From NCBI GenBank assembly GCA_038087875.1, contig JAXLNO010000350.1, positions 1 through 64,000 of the forward strand: a DNA stretch of 64,000 nucleotides, written 5' to 3'. This document shows, one piece after another, positions 37,681 to 50,169 of this stretch; position 1 is the first letter of the stretch; each line of letters begins with the position of its first letter. Source of the DNA: Malacoraja senta (Eukaryota). The notes beneath the pieces are model-generated. The model was given only the letters and a program-made list of their open reading frames with translations. It did no database searches and was not told the DNA's origin. The translations under genes were made by a program, and so were the position numbers.

Positions 37681-39946
37681 CTCCACTGTTGTGACTGCAG
37701 CCTATATTCCTCCTGATGCTAATGCCAAGCTTGCAAAGAAAGATCTGCATACTGCCATTAGCAAACAACAGACTCATAATCCCGAGGCAGCCTTCATTGT
37801 TGCGGGTGACTTCAATCACTCCAACTGAAGACTGTACTCCCCAAATTCCACCAACATGTCTCCTTCGCCACTAGAGAAGACAAGACACTGGACAAAGTCT
37901 ACACCAACATGGCGGAAGCTTACAAAGCCGTCCCCCTCCCCCACCTTGGACAGTCTGATCACCTCTCATTGTTCCTGCTCCCAAAGTACTCCCCACTCAT
38001 CAGACGGGTTAAACCCACTGTGAGGACAGTTAAAGTCTGGTCAGAGGAGGCGGACTCCACACTTCAGCAGTGTTTTGGTAACACTGACTGGAAGGCGTTT
38101 GCAGCCCAGGCCACCCTTGACTCCCACACGGACGATGCCCGAGCCTATAGTTCATCCAGGGCTAACCTGAAGAGGGGCATAAAGAAGGCCAAGCACTGCC
38201 ATAAGCTCAGGATTGAGGAGCACTTCAACAACAACTCCGACCCCGACGCATGTGGCAAGGCATCCAGGCCATCACGGACTTTAGACCCACCAACACCACC
38301 CCCACATCCAGCAACGCCTCCTTCCTTGAGGAGCTTAACCACTTCTATGGCCGCTTCGATAGGGACAATCTAGAGATGGCTATCAAGGCGGTGCTCCCTG
38401 CCGATCACCAGCCCCTCACACTCACCCCCTACGACGTGTACGTGGCACTGAGTAAGACAATTGCACGTAAGGCTGCTGGCCCTGACGGCATCCCCGGGCG
38501 CGTCCTCAGGGCCTGTGCTGCGCAGTTGACAGACGTCTGGACTGACATCTTCAACCTGTCACTTGCCAAGCAGTTGTGCCCACATGCCTTAAATCCACCT
38601 CCATCGTGCCGGTGCCAAAACACTCCACTGCGGCAAGCCTCAACGACTTCCGCCCAGTTGCACTTACTCCCATCATCGCCAAGTGCTTCGAGAGGTTGGT
38701 CCTGGCACACCTCAAAGGCTGCCTACCCCCCACATTGGATCCCTATCAGTTTGCCTACCGCAAGAACAGGAGTACGGAGGATGCCATCTCAACGGCACTT
38801 CACTCCGCCCTCTCCCACCTCGACAACAGAGACACTTACGTAAGAATGCTGTTCATCGATTACAGCTCAGCATTCAACACCATCATACCCTCTAAACTGA
38901 TCACCAAACTCGGTGACCTGGGCATCGACCCCTCCCTCTGCAACTGGATACTGGACTTTCTAACCAACAGACCCCAGTCTGTTAGGTTAGACAAGCACAC
39001 CTCTTCAACCCTCACCCTGAGCCCCTCCTCTACTCCCACTTCACCTATGACTGCACACCTGTACATGGTACTAACACCATCATCAAGTATGCAGATGATA
39101 CAACGGTGATTGGCCTCATCAGTAACAACGATGAGTCGGCCTATAATGAGGAGGTCCAGCTCCTAGCAGCATGGTGCGCTGACAACAACCTGGCCCTTAA
39201 CTCCAAGAAGACCAAGGAGCTCATTGTAGACTTCAGGAAGTCTAGCAGGCACGCACACCCCCATCCACATTAACGGGACGGAGGTGGAACGTGTTTCCAG
39301 CTTCAGGTTCCTGAGGGTCAACATCTCCGATGACCTCTCTTGGGCCCACAATACCTCAACTCTGGTCAAGAAGGCTCACCAGCGTCTCTTCTTCCTGAGG
39401 AGAATAAAGAAGGTCAATCTGTCTCCTCAGATTCTGGTGAACTTCTAATGCTGCACCATCGAGAGCATCCTTACCAACTGTATCACAGTATGGTATGGCA
39501 ACTGCTCTGTCTCCGACCGGAAAGTACTGCAGAGGGTGGTGAAAATTGCCCAACGCATCACTGGTTCTTCACTCCCCTCCATTGAGTCTGTCCAAAGTAA
39601 GCGTTGTCTACGAAGGGCGCTCAGCTTCGCCAAGGACTGCTCTCACCCTAACCACAGACTCTTTACCCTCCTACCATCCGGGAGGCGCTACAGGTCTCTC
39701 CGTAGCCGGACCAGCAGGTCCAGGAACAGCTTCTTCCCTGCGGCTGTTACACTACTCAACACTGTACCTCGGTGACTGCCAATCACCCCCCCCCCCACCC
39801 CCCGACACTCCTCCCACCAGGATTTATTAGATTTATTTACTCTCATATTTATGTCGCTCTTCTAGGGAGATGCTAACTGCATTTCGTTGTCTCTGTACTG
39901 TACACTGCACAATGACAATAAAGTTGAATCTGAATCTGAATCTGAA
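37681..39946 (+). mobile_element. Rex1/Babar LINE, 5'-truncated with internal deletions
   Basis: [42 protein letters not shown]; (TCTGAA)n tail; inserted in the 64-bp minisatellite. Confidence 0.92.
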
Positions 39947-40262
39947 CCCTTTGGGTTTCTAACATCATTGACCTCAGTTTTACCCCAGATTTACCGGGTT
40001 TATTTCACTCCCCTGTGGGTTTCTAACATTATTGACCTCAGTTTTACCCCAGATTTACTGGGTTTATTTCACTCCCCTGTGGGTTTCTAACATTATTGAC
40101 CTCAGTTTTACCCCAGATTTACCGGGTTTATTTCACTCCCCTGTGGGTTTCTAACATTATTGACCTCAGTTTTACCCCAGATTTACCGGGTTTATTTCAC
40201 TCCCCTGTGGGTTTCTAACATTATTGACCTCAGGTCTCCACCAGATTTACCGGGTTTATTCC
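39947..40262. repeat. 64-bp minisatellite (~5 copies)
   Basis: Unit AACATTATTGACCTCAGTTTTACCCCAGATTTACCGGGTTTATTTCACTCCCCTGTGGGTTTCT; also at 14562-14646, 37605-37680 and inverted at 52563-52825. Confidence 0.92.
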
Positions 40263-40439
40263 CCCAGACGTGTAGTTTGGTGATTTATTGATTATTTACA
40301 GAGAGGGGGGGAGCCAGAGAGAGGGAGATAGATGTTTATAAGGTGTTTTATCTCAGGACGCTGCTCCAGACGGTGAGTTGATATAATTGAGCCCAGTTTT
40401 GCCCCAGACGTGTAGTTTATTTATGTGGTGATTTACCTC

Positions 40440-40441
<2 letters not shown>

Positions 40442-40523
<82 letters not shown>
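40442..40523. repeat. (CT)n microsatellite
   Basis: Direct observation. Confidence 0.98.
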
Positions 40524-40526
<3 letters not shown>

Positions 40527-40539
40527 CCCCCACATTTAC

Positions 40540-41326
40540 CGGGTTTATTTATTTATTTATTCCGCTGCTGATGTATTTATTTATTGATGTATTTATCAGG
40601 TTATTTCCCTCAGTGAATAAGAGGGGGAGGCTGGTTTAGAACCAGTTTGACCCCAGTTGTGTATCCCCACAGATAGATAGATACACGTTCGTGTAGTTAC
40701 TTTATGTGGTGATTTACCTCACTTCTCCCCCATATTGACCCGATCCCGCTCAATCCCCGGCTGATTTATAACATTATTTACCTTAGGCCGCCGCTCAGCA
40801 GCGACGACACCAACTGACGCTTCTCCGCCGCCATCTTGATGCGGTCGACGCCGCTGATTAAATTGGAGTGGAGGGAAAGCCGACCTCACCTGCCCTCACA
40901 AGGATGGCCGCCGTCAACCCTTCACCAATCAGCGGCGCCGACCTCACCTGCCCTCACCAAGATGGCCGTCCCGGGCCCCGCCTCCCCATCGACCGCATCA
41001 AGATGGCGGCGGAGAAGCGTCAGTTGGTGTCGACGCTGCTGAGCGGCGGCCTAAGGTAAATAATGTTATAAATCAGCCGGGGATTGAGCGGGATCGGGTC
41101 AATATGGGGGAGAAGTGAGGTAAATCACCACATAAAGTAACTACACTAACGTGTATCTATCTATCTATATCTATCTGTGGGGATACACAACTGGGGTCAA
41201 ACTGGTTCTAAACCAGCCTCCCCCTCTTATTCACTGAGGGAAATAACCTGATAAATACATCAATAAATAAATACATCAATAAATACATCAGCAGCGGAAT
41301 AAATAAATAAATAAATAAATAAACCC
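40540..41326. repeat. Palindrome: arms 40540-40859 and 40927-41326, ~67-bp spacer
   Basis: Arms are near-exact reverse complements apart from small indels and one ~50-bp gap. Confidence 0.92.
40775..41062. promoter_or_regulatory. Head-to-head YY1-like promoter and first exons (copies B, minus, and C, plus)
   Basis: CAAGATGGCGGCG on both strands (ATG at 40834 - and 41003 +); donors AAG/GTAAAT at 40782 and 41055; CCAAT and GC box between them. Confidence 0.6.
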
Positions 41327-41349
41327 ACAGGGGAGTGAAATAAATCAGC

Positions 41350-41640
41350 AAACAATAGACAACAGGTGCAGGAGGAGGCCATTCGGCCCTTCGAGCCAGC
41401 ACCGCCATTCATTGTGATCATGGCTGATCGTCCCCAATCAATAACCCGTGCCTGCCTTCTCCCCATATCCCTTGACTCCACCAGCCCCTAGAGCTCTATC
41501 TAACTCTCTCTTAAATCCATCCAGTGACTTGTCCTCCACTGCCCTCTGTGGCAGGGAATTCCACAAATTCACAACTCTGGGTGAAAACGTTTTTTCTCAC
41601 CTCAGTCTTAAATGACCTCCCCTTTATTCTAAGACTGTGG
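41350..41640 (-). mobile_element. CR1 3' end
   Basis: CR1 3'UTR and tail. Confidence 0.8.
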
Positions 41641-41749
41641 CCAAACGGAGGCAAATAATATTATAAACCCACAGGGGAGTGAAATAAACCCGGTCTGGGG
41701 GGGAAACTGACGTAAATAATGTTATAAACCCACATGGGAGCGGAATAAA

Positions 41750-42350
41750 CAAGGCTGTGGAGTCGGACGCAAAACATTTGACCCCGACCCTTAGGTATAA
41801 TAATCCTAAATCTGCTGTGATGACATTACACAAGATGGCATTTTGAAAGAACTACATGAATCATCTGGCTGCCTTTGAAAACCATGCCCATAAAGTTTTG
41901 AGCCTAATGGTTGTAGCTATGCTATTTTATTGTTTATTCTTGGGGGAAAAAACTCATTGTGCTAAAAGAAAAAAATTATAGAAAGGACGATGACAATTAA
42001 ATTCCATTGAATAAAATAAAAATTATAAAAGCAATACATTACTTCAAAATTTATTAAACTAAGGCCACAGATATGAGCTAAATGGCTAAATTATGACAAA
42101 AATACCAAGTGCAATAGGAATTAAAAGTAAATGCATAGGTATTTAAGTTTGTTACAAAAGTTCATACCTAAAATTTTTTAATAACTTGTTCTTAGGAACA
42201 GAATTGCTTCTGCCAGATCCTCTTTCCTTGAAGTCCTTAAATCTGATTCATTTATTTTCAGTGTAGAACAGCCCCTCCACACGGATCTGAGTGGGTGGTA
42301 TGGCTGTTACTATCATAGCTGCAAATTTGACTATTTCTGGATAAGTAGGG
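41750..42350 (-). mobile_element. hAT transposon remnant (dimerization-domain fragment and terminus)
   Basis: Minus 42350-42185 reads YPEIVKFAAMIVTAIPPTQIRVE...SDLRTSRKEDLAEAILFLRT; terminus CA(A/G)GGCTGTGG(A/G)GTC also at 36584 and 52825. Confidence 0.7.
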
Positions 42351-43560
42351 ATGATGGGGAATTATAGACCAGTTATCCTGACATCGGTGATGGGGAAGAT
42401 GCTGGAGTCAATTATTAAAGCAGCAATAATGGCAAATTTGGATAGCAATGAAAGGATCGGTCCAAGTCAGCATGGATTTATGAAGGGGAAATCCTGCTTG
42501 ACTAATCTTCTGGAATTTTTTGAGGATGTGACAAGTAAAATGGATGAAGGAGAGCCAGTGGATGTAGTGTATCTGGACTTTCAGAAAGCCTTTGAAAATG
42601 CCCCACACAGGAGGGGCTTACTGTTTGTCATCTACATCAATGAACTGGATGAGAATATACAGCGCAAGATTAGCAAGTTTGCTGATGATACAAAAGTGGG
42701 TAGTCTTGCAGATAGTGAAGATGATTGTGAAAAATTGCAGCAGGATCTGGATCGATTGGCCAGGTGGGCAGAAGAATGGTTGATGGAATTTAATACATAG
42801 AAATGTGAGGTGTTGCATTTTGGGAAGTCTAACACGGGCAGGACCTACACAGTGAATGGTAGGCCTCTGGGTCGTGTTGTAGAGCAGAGGGGTCTAGGAG
42901 TGCAGGAACATAGGTCATTGAAAGTGGCATCACAGGTAGATAAGGTGGTCAAAAAGGCTTTTAGCACATTGGCCTTTATCAGTCATAGTATTGAATATAG
43001 AAGTTGGGCGGTCATGTTGCAGTTGTAATAGACATTGGTGAGGCCACGTTTAGAGTTTTGTGTTCAATTTTGGTCGCTATGTTATAGGAAAGATGTCGTC
43101 AAGCTGCAAAGGGCACTGAAGATTTACGAGTATGTTGCCAGGACTAGAGGGCCTGAACTATAGGGAGAGTTGTGTAGGCTAGGACTCTATTCCTTGGAGC
43201 GCAGGAGGACGAGGGGTGATGAGTAAAATCATGAGAAGATTAGATCGGCTAGATGCATAGTCTCTTGCCCACTCTAGCTATTATTGTGGATAATTGGCCT
43301 AAACGTCGCGTGTGGGTGAGAAACCTGCTGTGTTTTTAAAAAACAGGTTATTTTTGTGATCGAAATTCAATTGCATTGACATAGCTTCTTGAAGGTGGTG
43401 TCACAGGTAGACAGGGTGGTCAAGAAGGCTTTCGATACATTGGCCTTCAACAGTCAGAGCATTGAGTAGAGTGTATTGTGTTCAGTTTTGGTCACCATAT
43501 TACAGGAAAGATGTCAAGCTGCAAAGGATGGGCATGGTGGGCCGAAGGGCCTCTTTCCAT
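42351..43560 (+). mobile_element. Chimeric, decayed CR1 RT fragments
   Basis: NYRPVILT, LDFQKAF, FADDTKV; 43160-43770 is duplicated at 56765-57390. Confidence 0.8.
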
Positions 43561-43769
43561 GCTTTATGGCTCTAAGAAAAAACATTGAATAAAATGAAGA
43601 AATTGGATGTTATTTGCATCATGTTCAACACGGACATTGTGGGCCGAAGGGCCGTTCCTGTGCTGAACTTTTGCTCTATTTTCAATAACAACAGCTATAT
43701 TCTGCAACAATACGTTATATTCTGTTCTATGATAACTATGATATTTATATCCTTATGCATCAATATATA

Positions 43770-44330
43770 TGTCATAAGGTCATATGTGAAAGGAGTAGAA
43801 TTAGGCCATTCGGCCCATCGTGTCAACTCCGCCATTCAATCATGGCTGATCTATCTTTCCCTCCTAACCTCATTCTCCTGCCTTCTCCCCATACCCCTGA
43901 CACCCGTACTAATCAAAAATCTATGCCTTAAAACTAACCATTGACTTGGCCTCCACAGCCTTCTGTGGCAATAAATACCACAGATTCACCACCCTCTGAC
44001 TAAAGAAAATTCCACATCTCCTTCCTTAAAGAACGTCCTTTAATTCTGAGGCTATGAGCTCTAGTCCTAGACTCTCCCACTAGTGGAAACATCCTCTCCA
44101 CATCCACTCTAACCAAGCCTTTCACTATTCTGTATGTTTTAATGAGGTCCCCATTGTCCTGAACCCCAGCGAGTACAGGCCCCAGTGCCGACAAACGCTC
44201 ATCATAGATAAACTTACTAATTCATGGGATCATCCTTGTAAACTTCCTCTGGACCCTCTCCAGAGCCAGCACATCCTTTCTCAGATATAGTGCCCAATTT
44301 GCTCACAATGCACCAAATGAAGCCTTACCG
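43770..44330 (-). mobile_element. Older CR1 3' end
   Basis: RMFPLVGESRTRAHSLRIKG and CR1 3'UTR. Confidence 0.75.
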
Positions 44331-46703
44331 AGCCTGATTATATGATTCTATGTGCTGAAGTTCTCTCTCTCTGTGTAGCTGCTTTGCTGCATCAGGGTTT
44401 TATCGGTGTATGTGTAGGAAGGAGCTGCAGATGCTCGTTTAAACCGAAGATCGACGCAAAATGCTGGAGTAACTCCGCGGGCAGGCAGCATCTTTGGATA
44501 GAAGGAATAGGTAACGTTTCGGGCGGAAACCCTTCTTCAGACTCCTTTCTCTCCAGAGACTCTGCCTGTCCCGCTGAGTTACTCCAGTATTTTGTGTCTA
44601 TCTTTAGTTTCAGTTCAGTTTAGTTTATTGTCACGTGCACTGAGATACAGTGAAAAGCTTTTGTTGGGTGCTAACCAGTCAACAGAAAGGCAATACATGA
44701 TTACAATCGGGCACTTACATTGTGCAGATACATGATAAGGGATAATGTTCAATGCAAGGTAAAGCCAGCAAAGTCTGATCTAGCTTAGTCCGAGCATCAC
44801 CAAAGTGGTAGATAGTAGTTCAGTATGTTCTCTGGTTGTGTTGCCTGATAGCACAAATGGGAAGAAACTGTCCCTGAATCTGGAGCATGAAGAAGGGTCT
44901 CGACCCGAAACGTCGCCTATTTCCATCGCTCCATAGACGCTGCCTCATCCGCTGAGTTTCTCCAGCATTTTTATCCTTCTGAATCTGGAGGTGTGCGCTT
45001 TCACACTTCTGTACTTTTTGCCTGATGGGAGAGGAGAGAAGAGGGAGTGGCCAGGGTGAGACTCGTCCTTGATTATGCTGCTGGCCTTGCCGAGGCAGCG
45101 TGAGGTATAAATGGAGTCAATGGAAGGGAGGTTTAGTTTGTGTGATGGTCTGGGCTGCGTCCACAATTCGCTGCCATTTGTTAATGCTTGCTGAACTTAT
45201 TTCTTTTTCTGGGGAGAGTTTAGTTATCGGCATATGGTCAGCATGGCCTGATTCTGTTCAGTTTAGCTTTAGTACCATATGTTCATCTTGAGAACATACA
45301 TGGCATGATTAGCAAGTTTGTGGATGGTTCTAAAGTAAAATGGTTAGTACAGTGTCAGGGGTTATGGGAGAAGGCAGGAGAATGGGGTCAGGAGAGTGAG
45401 ATAGATCAGTCATGATTTGAATGGCGGTGTAGACTTGAGGGGCATTTGCCTAAGTCAGCTCCTACTTGTGGAGAGTCTAGGACCAGAGGTCATAGCCTCT
45501 GAAGTAAAGGACGTTACCTTTAGGAATGAGATGAGGTGGAATTACTTAGTCAGAGGGAGGGAATTCTTTGCCACAGACGGCAGTGGGGGCCAAGTTAGTG
45601 GATAAGGCAGAGATTTACGTAGTCCCTGCCATTATGTTGAGGTCGGAATTGGACCCTGGTGGCCGGTCACGTGAGGCGGGCCGATGCGTTGTAGCGGTCG
45701 ACGAGAGGAGGGCCTCCCACCCAGCGCCGGGAGCTCAGGTGGGAACAGTCGGCGCCACGCCCTTTCCCCACCCCCTGCTCCCTTCCCGAGGGCAATCCTG
45801 CAGCCGGTGACCCGGGAGTGGGGGGGTGTCAGGTGTGGGCACCCTCTGGTCCTCCGACTATGACGCCTACCTGGCCGCGGGAGTCCGTGGTGCAGCGTCT
45901 TTGCTCCTACGACTGCAGTGGCCACTGGCGGCGGGAGACTGTGGTGCAGCGTCTCTGGTCCGACTGTAGCGCCCCTGTCGCTTGGAGTCAATAGTGCAGT
46001 TCTGGTCCTCCGACTGCAGCGCACCCTTGACGGCGGGAGGCCACGGTGCACCTATCCACATCCCCCACAGACGCTGCCCGACCCGCTGAGTTACTGCAAC
46101 GCTCTGTGACCTTCTTCCCATGATTCATGTCGCCCACCAGCGCCAATCAACGGCAGTCCCCCCTCGGATTGCGGGTGCCGTCAGGGCGCCGGTCGTGCTG
46201 GCTTTCGGACGGGCGGCTCGACGCAGTGCCCGGATGCTCGGCACCCCTAGGTCGGTGCGAAGCCCCCACTTCTTCCCTGCCCTCCTTCATCACTCTCATC
46301 CCCTCCCCTCACTTCCACCATCCCTCATCTCCCTTCATCACTTGCCTCCTCACCATCTCTCCCCTCCTTCCCGCCTCCCTTATCCCTCTCCCCCCCTCAC
46401 CTTCATCTCCCACCCTTACCCCCCCCGCTCCCCTCACCACACACCCTCTCACCACCCCTGCCATTTCCCCCACCCCCCTTCAAGCACTAGTAATGTTCAC
46501 GCGTTAGTAATGTCGTGTTTGCTAGCTTCTGACCCTCTATCTTCCCCTCCTGCCGGGTTTAGGAGTAATTGGTGTGGACGGAGAGACGGGGACTTGAGCG
46601 GCCATTGAGGGCGGCCAGGGTGCCAGTGAGACCCCCACCCCCCCCCCTAACTGCTCGGTGTGCGGGCTGAGCTTCGAGGAGCTGAGGTTCAGTGGAGGAT
46701 CAC

Positions 46704-48168
46704 ATGACGGGGCACAACAAGGAGAAGCGTTATGAGTGCGACGTGTGTGGCAAGGCCTGGCAGTACCCGGAGCCAGCTGCAGAGCCACCGGCGGGTGCAC
46801 ACGAGCGAGAAGCCCTATAGCTGTTCCACTTGTGGCAAGAGCTTTGCCTGGTTGTCGAGGCTGAGGGTGCACCAGCAGGTGCACAGCAGTGAGCGGCCCT
46901 TCACCTGCTCCGACTGCGGCAAAGGCTTCAAGTCGTCCACGGACCTGAAGTTGCACCAGCGGGTGCACAGCAGTGAACGGCCCCACACATGCTCCGACTG
47001 CGGCAAAGGTTTCAAGTCGACCACGGACCTGAAGGTACACCGGCGGCTGCACACCGGGGAGCGCCCCTACACCTGCAGCGACTGCGGCAAGGGCTTCACC
47101 AAGTCCAGCAGCCTGCAGGTGCACCAGCGCATTCACACTGGCGAGCGCCCCTACAACTGTGCCCAGTGCGGCAAGGGCTTCACATGTTCCACCCAGCTGC
47201 TGTCCCACCAGCAGGTGCACTCCGTCGACCGTCCCTTTCCCAGGCACTTTGGTTGCTCCGACTGTGGCAAGGACTTCAAGAAGGCGCAGGACCTGAAAAT
47301 CCACCAGCAGTTGCACACGGGCGAGAGGCCCTATAGCTGCTCCACCTGCGGCAAGAGCTTTGCCTGGTTGTCGAGGCTGCAGGAGCACCAGCGGGTGCAC
47401 AGCAGTGAGCGGCCCTTCACCTGCTCCGACTGCGGCAAAGGCTTCAAGTCGCTGCCGATCCTGAAAGTGCACTGGCGCGTGCACACCGGGGAGCGGCCCT
47501 ACACCTGCAGCGACTGCGGCAAGAGCTTCACCCAGTTCAACAGCCTGCTGGAGCACCAGCGCACCCACACCGGGGAGCGCCCCTACACTTGCGCCCAGTG
47601 CGGCAAGGGCTTCACATGCTCCACCAAGCTGCTGAAGCACCAGCGCACCCACACCGGCGAGCGCCCCTACACCTGTGCCCAGTGCAGCAAGGGCTTCACC
47701 TGCTCCAGCAGCCTGCTGGAGCACCAGCGCACCCACACCGGCGAGCGCCCCTACACCTGCAATCAGTGCAGCAAGGGCTACACTCGCTCCAGCAGCCTGC
47801 TGGAGCACCAGCGCACCCACACTGGCGAGCGCCCCTTCACCTGCAGCCAATGCGGCAAGGGCTTCACCTGCTCCACCAGGCTGCTGTACCACCAGCGGGT
47901 GCACGACGGCGACCGTCCCGTCCCCAGCCCGGTGTGTGGTGAACGCTTTGCCATGGCCTCCCGCGCCCTGTCTCACCAGCGCGTGCACTCCAGTGGCCAG
48001 CCCTACGACTGCCCGTACTGTGGTGAGGTGTTTGACAGCTTGCGGGGGTTGCGTCAGCACCGGCGGGCCCAGGCTGGCGAGCATTTGCTCCCACTGCGAC
48101 AAGAGAGCATGGGGGCTGCGGTTGCACCAGCGGATACACACCAGAGAGAGACCCTTTGTGTGCGTTGA
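46704..48168 (+). pseudogene. C2H2 zinc-finger paralog 3 (14 canonical plus 2 atypical fingers); disrupted as assembled
   Basis: +1 frameshift at ~46769 in finger 1; acceptor CAG>CCG at 46554; family stop TGA>CGA at 48097; the rest of the array is open, so assembly error cannot be excluded. Confidence 0.7.
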
Positions 48169-50169
48169 GTGTGGCAAGGGTTTCACCCACATTTCCAGCC
48201 TGTGGCAGCACCAGCATACCCACAGCCGTGAGCGTCCCTTCCCCTGCCCATCCTGTGGTAATTGCTTCACCTGCCTTGACCACCTGCTGGAGCACTGACG
48301 GGTCCACACTGGCCAGTGCCCCGTCCACCTGCCCGCTCTGTGGCAAGGACTTTGCCCGCTCATCCAGCCTGCTGGCACAACGCCACGTGGATAGGCGCTG
48401 TTTAGGTAGACACAAATTGCTGGAAGGAATGGGTAACGTTTCCGTTCGAGACCCTTCTTCAGTCTCGACCCGTAACGTCATCCATTCCTTTCCTCCAGAG
48501 ATCCTGCCTGACCCGCCGAGTTACTCCAGCACTTCGTGTTAGAGTCATAGAGTGATACAATGTGGAAACGGGTCCTTTGGCCCAACTTGCCCATATCAAC
48601 CAACATGTCCCAGCTACACTAGTCCCATCTGGTCAATATTCCTCCAAACCTGTCCTATCCATGTACCTGTCTATCTGTTTCTTAAACGTTGGGATAGTTA
48701 CAGGCTCAACAACCTCCTCTGGCAACTTGTTCCATACAGCCACCACCCTTTTTTTGAAAATGTCACCCCTCAGACTCCTATTAAATCTTTTCCCCTTCAC
48801 CTTGAACCCATGTCCTCTGGTCCTCGATTTCCTCCACAATGGACAAGAGATTCTGTTCATCTAATTAAATTGTGTTCTATGCAAGAATCCAGCATCTGCA
48901 GTTTCTTTTGTCTCCCTCACCTATATCCACCTATCACTTCTGAAGAAGGGTCTCAACCTGAAACATCACCCATTCCTTCTCTCTAGTGATGCTGCATGTC
49001 CCGCTGAGTTACTCCAGCATTTTGTGTCCACCTATCACTTGCCAGGCTTTGTCCAGCCCCCATCTCTCTTTTCCAGCTTCCTCCCCACACCCTCTCCAAT
49101 CAGTCTGAAGAAGGGTCCTGACACAAAACATCGTATGTCCATTCCCTCCAAAGTGGTGGAGGAACTCAGTGGATCAGGCCGCAGGTGTAGAGGGAAGGGA
49201 ATCTAAGGCGACCACTCCCAACTCTCCTTTCCAACTTTCTCTACCCCCCCCCCCCCCACCACACCAAGCAGGCTGAAGAAGGGTCCTGACCTAGAATGTT
49301 GCCTGTCCGTGCTCTCCAGAGGTACAAGTTACTCCAGGAGATTGTGTCTCTTTTTGTAAACCAGCATCTGCTGTTCCTTGTGTCCAGACTAGGCGTGCAT
49401 TTCACCGTACACTTCCACTCAGTCCATCAAGGCCTGCTAGATCTCCCGGTTCCCAACCATTTTAACTTCCCATGACCCGGCTGTTCCCCCTCAACTCCGA
49501 ACGGTGGGATCTCGCTGTCCGCCCTTGGACGTCCGCAAGACTCCAGCTGCGGTAAACAAAGACTTTTGCTCGTTATCCCGCTGGAGCCAAGTCGTATTCC
49601 AATGAAATAAATGTTCCTTTTTGTGGAAGAAATTAATTTACAGGGATATCATGGAGAGATGGCGGCAGAAAACTGCTCACCAGTTCTCTGACTTCACAGC
49701 AGAATTAGTCAACGTGTCACATCTTCGCCCCCCCCCCCCTGCGGCCTAACAACTAGATTGGTGCGGCCTTTCCAGACGGGAGACCGTCCTGGAGCTTCAA
49801 ATAAGAAGCAGGCCAATTCAGGATTTCCAAGCCGCGGAGAGTGTGTGTCCCGACGTCGGAGTTTTGATCATCCCGACGAGAGGGCTTGTACATCGGGCCT
49901 TCTGTGGCAGCAACTACGGGGGGTTCAAGGCCCTGGTCACGGGTGAACAAAGGAGGAAGATGGACTGAACTTTATAGCCTTCCATCGCAGTGAGGAATAC
50001 TGATTCCACTGTGGTGGATGTTCATGTTAAATTCTATTGTGGATTGTGTTCTTTTTACTTGTATGGCCGTATGATCAAATATAACTACCCTAACTGGTGC
50101 ATGTGACATTGAATGTGAACTTGAACTTGTACTATGTTTACATGTTCTGTTGTGCTGCACAAGTAAGAA

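Noticed and set aside
39947..40262. CRISPR-like periodicity (also in the satellite)
   Set aside because: Whole units repeat with no unique spacers; no cas genes; eukaryotic context
46537..48378. 613-aa minus ORF, and similar ORFs at 32334-33350 and 11684-12235
   Set aside because: Antisense shadows of GC3-rich zinc-finger repeats; periodic low-complexity peptide
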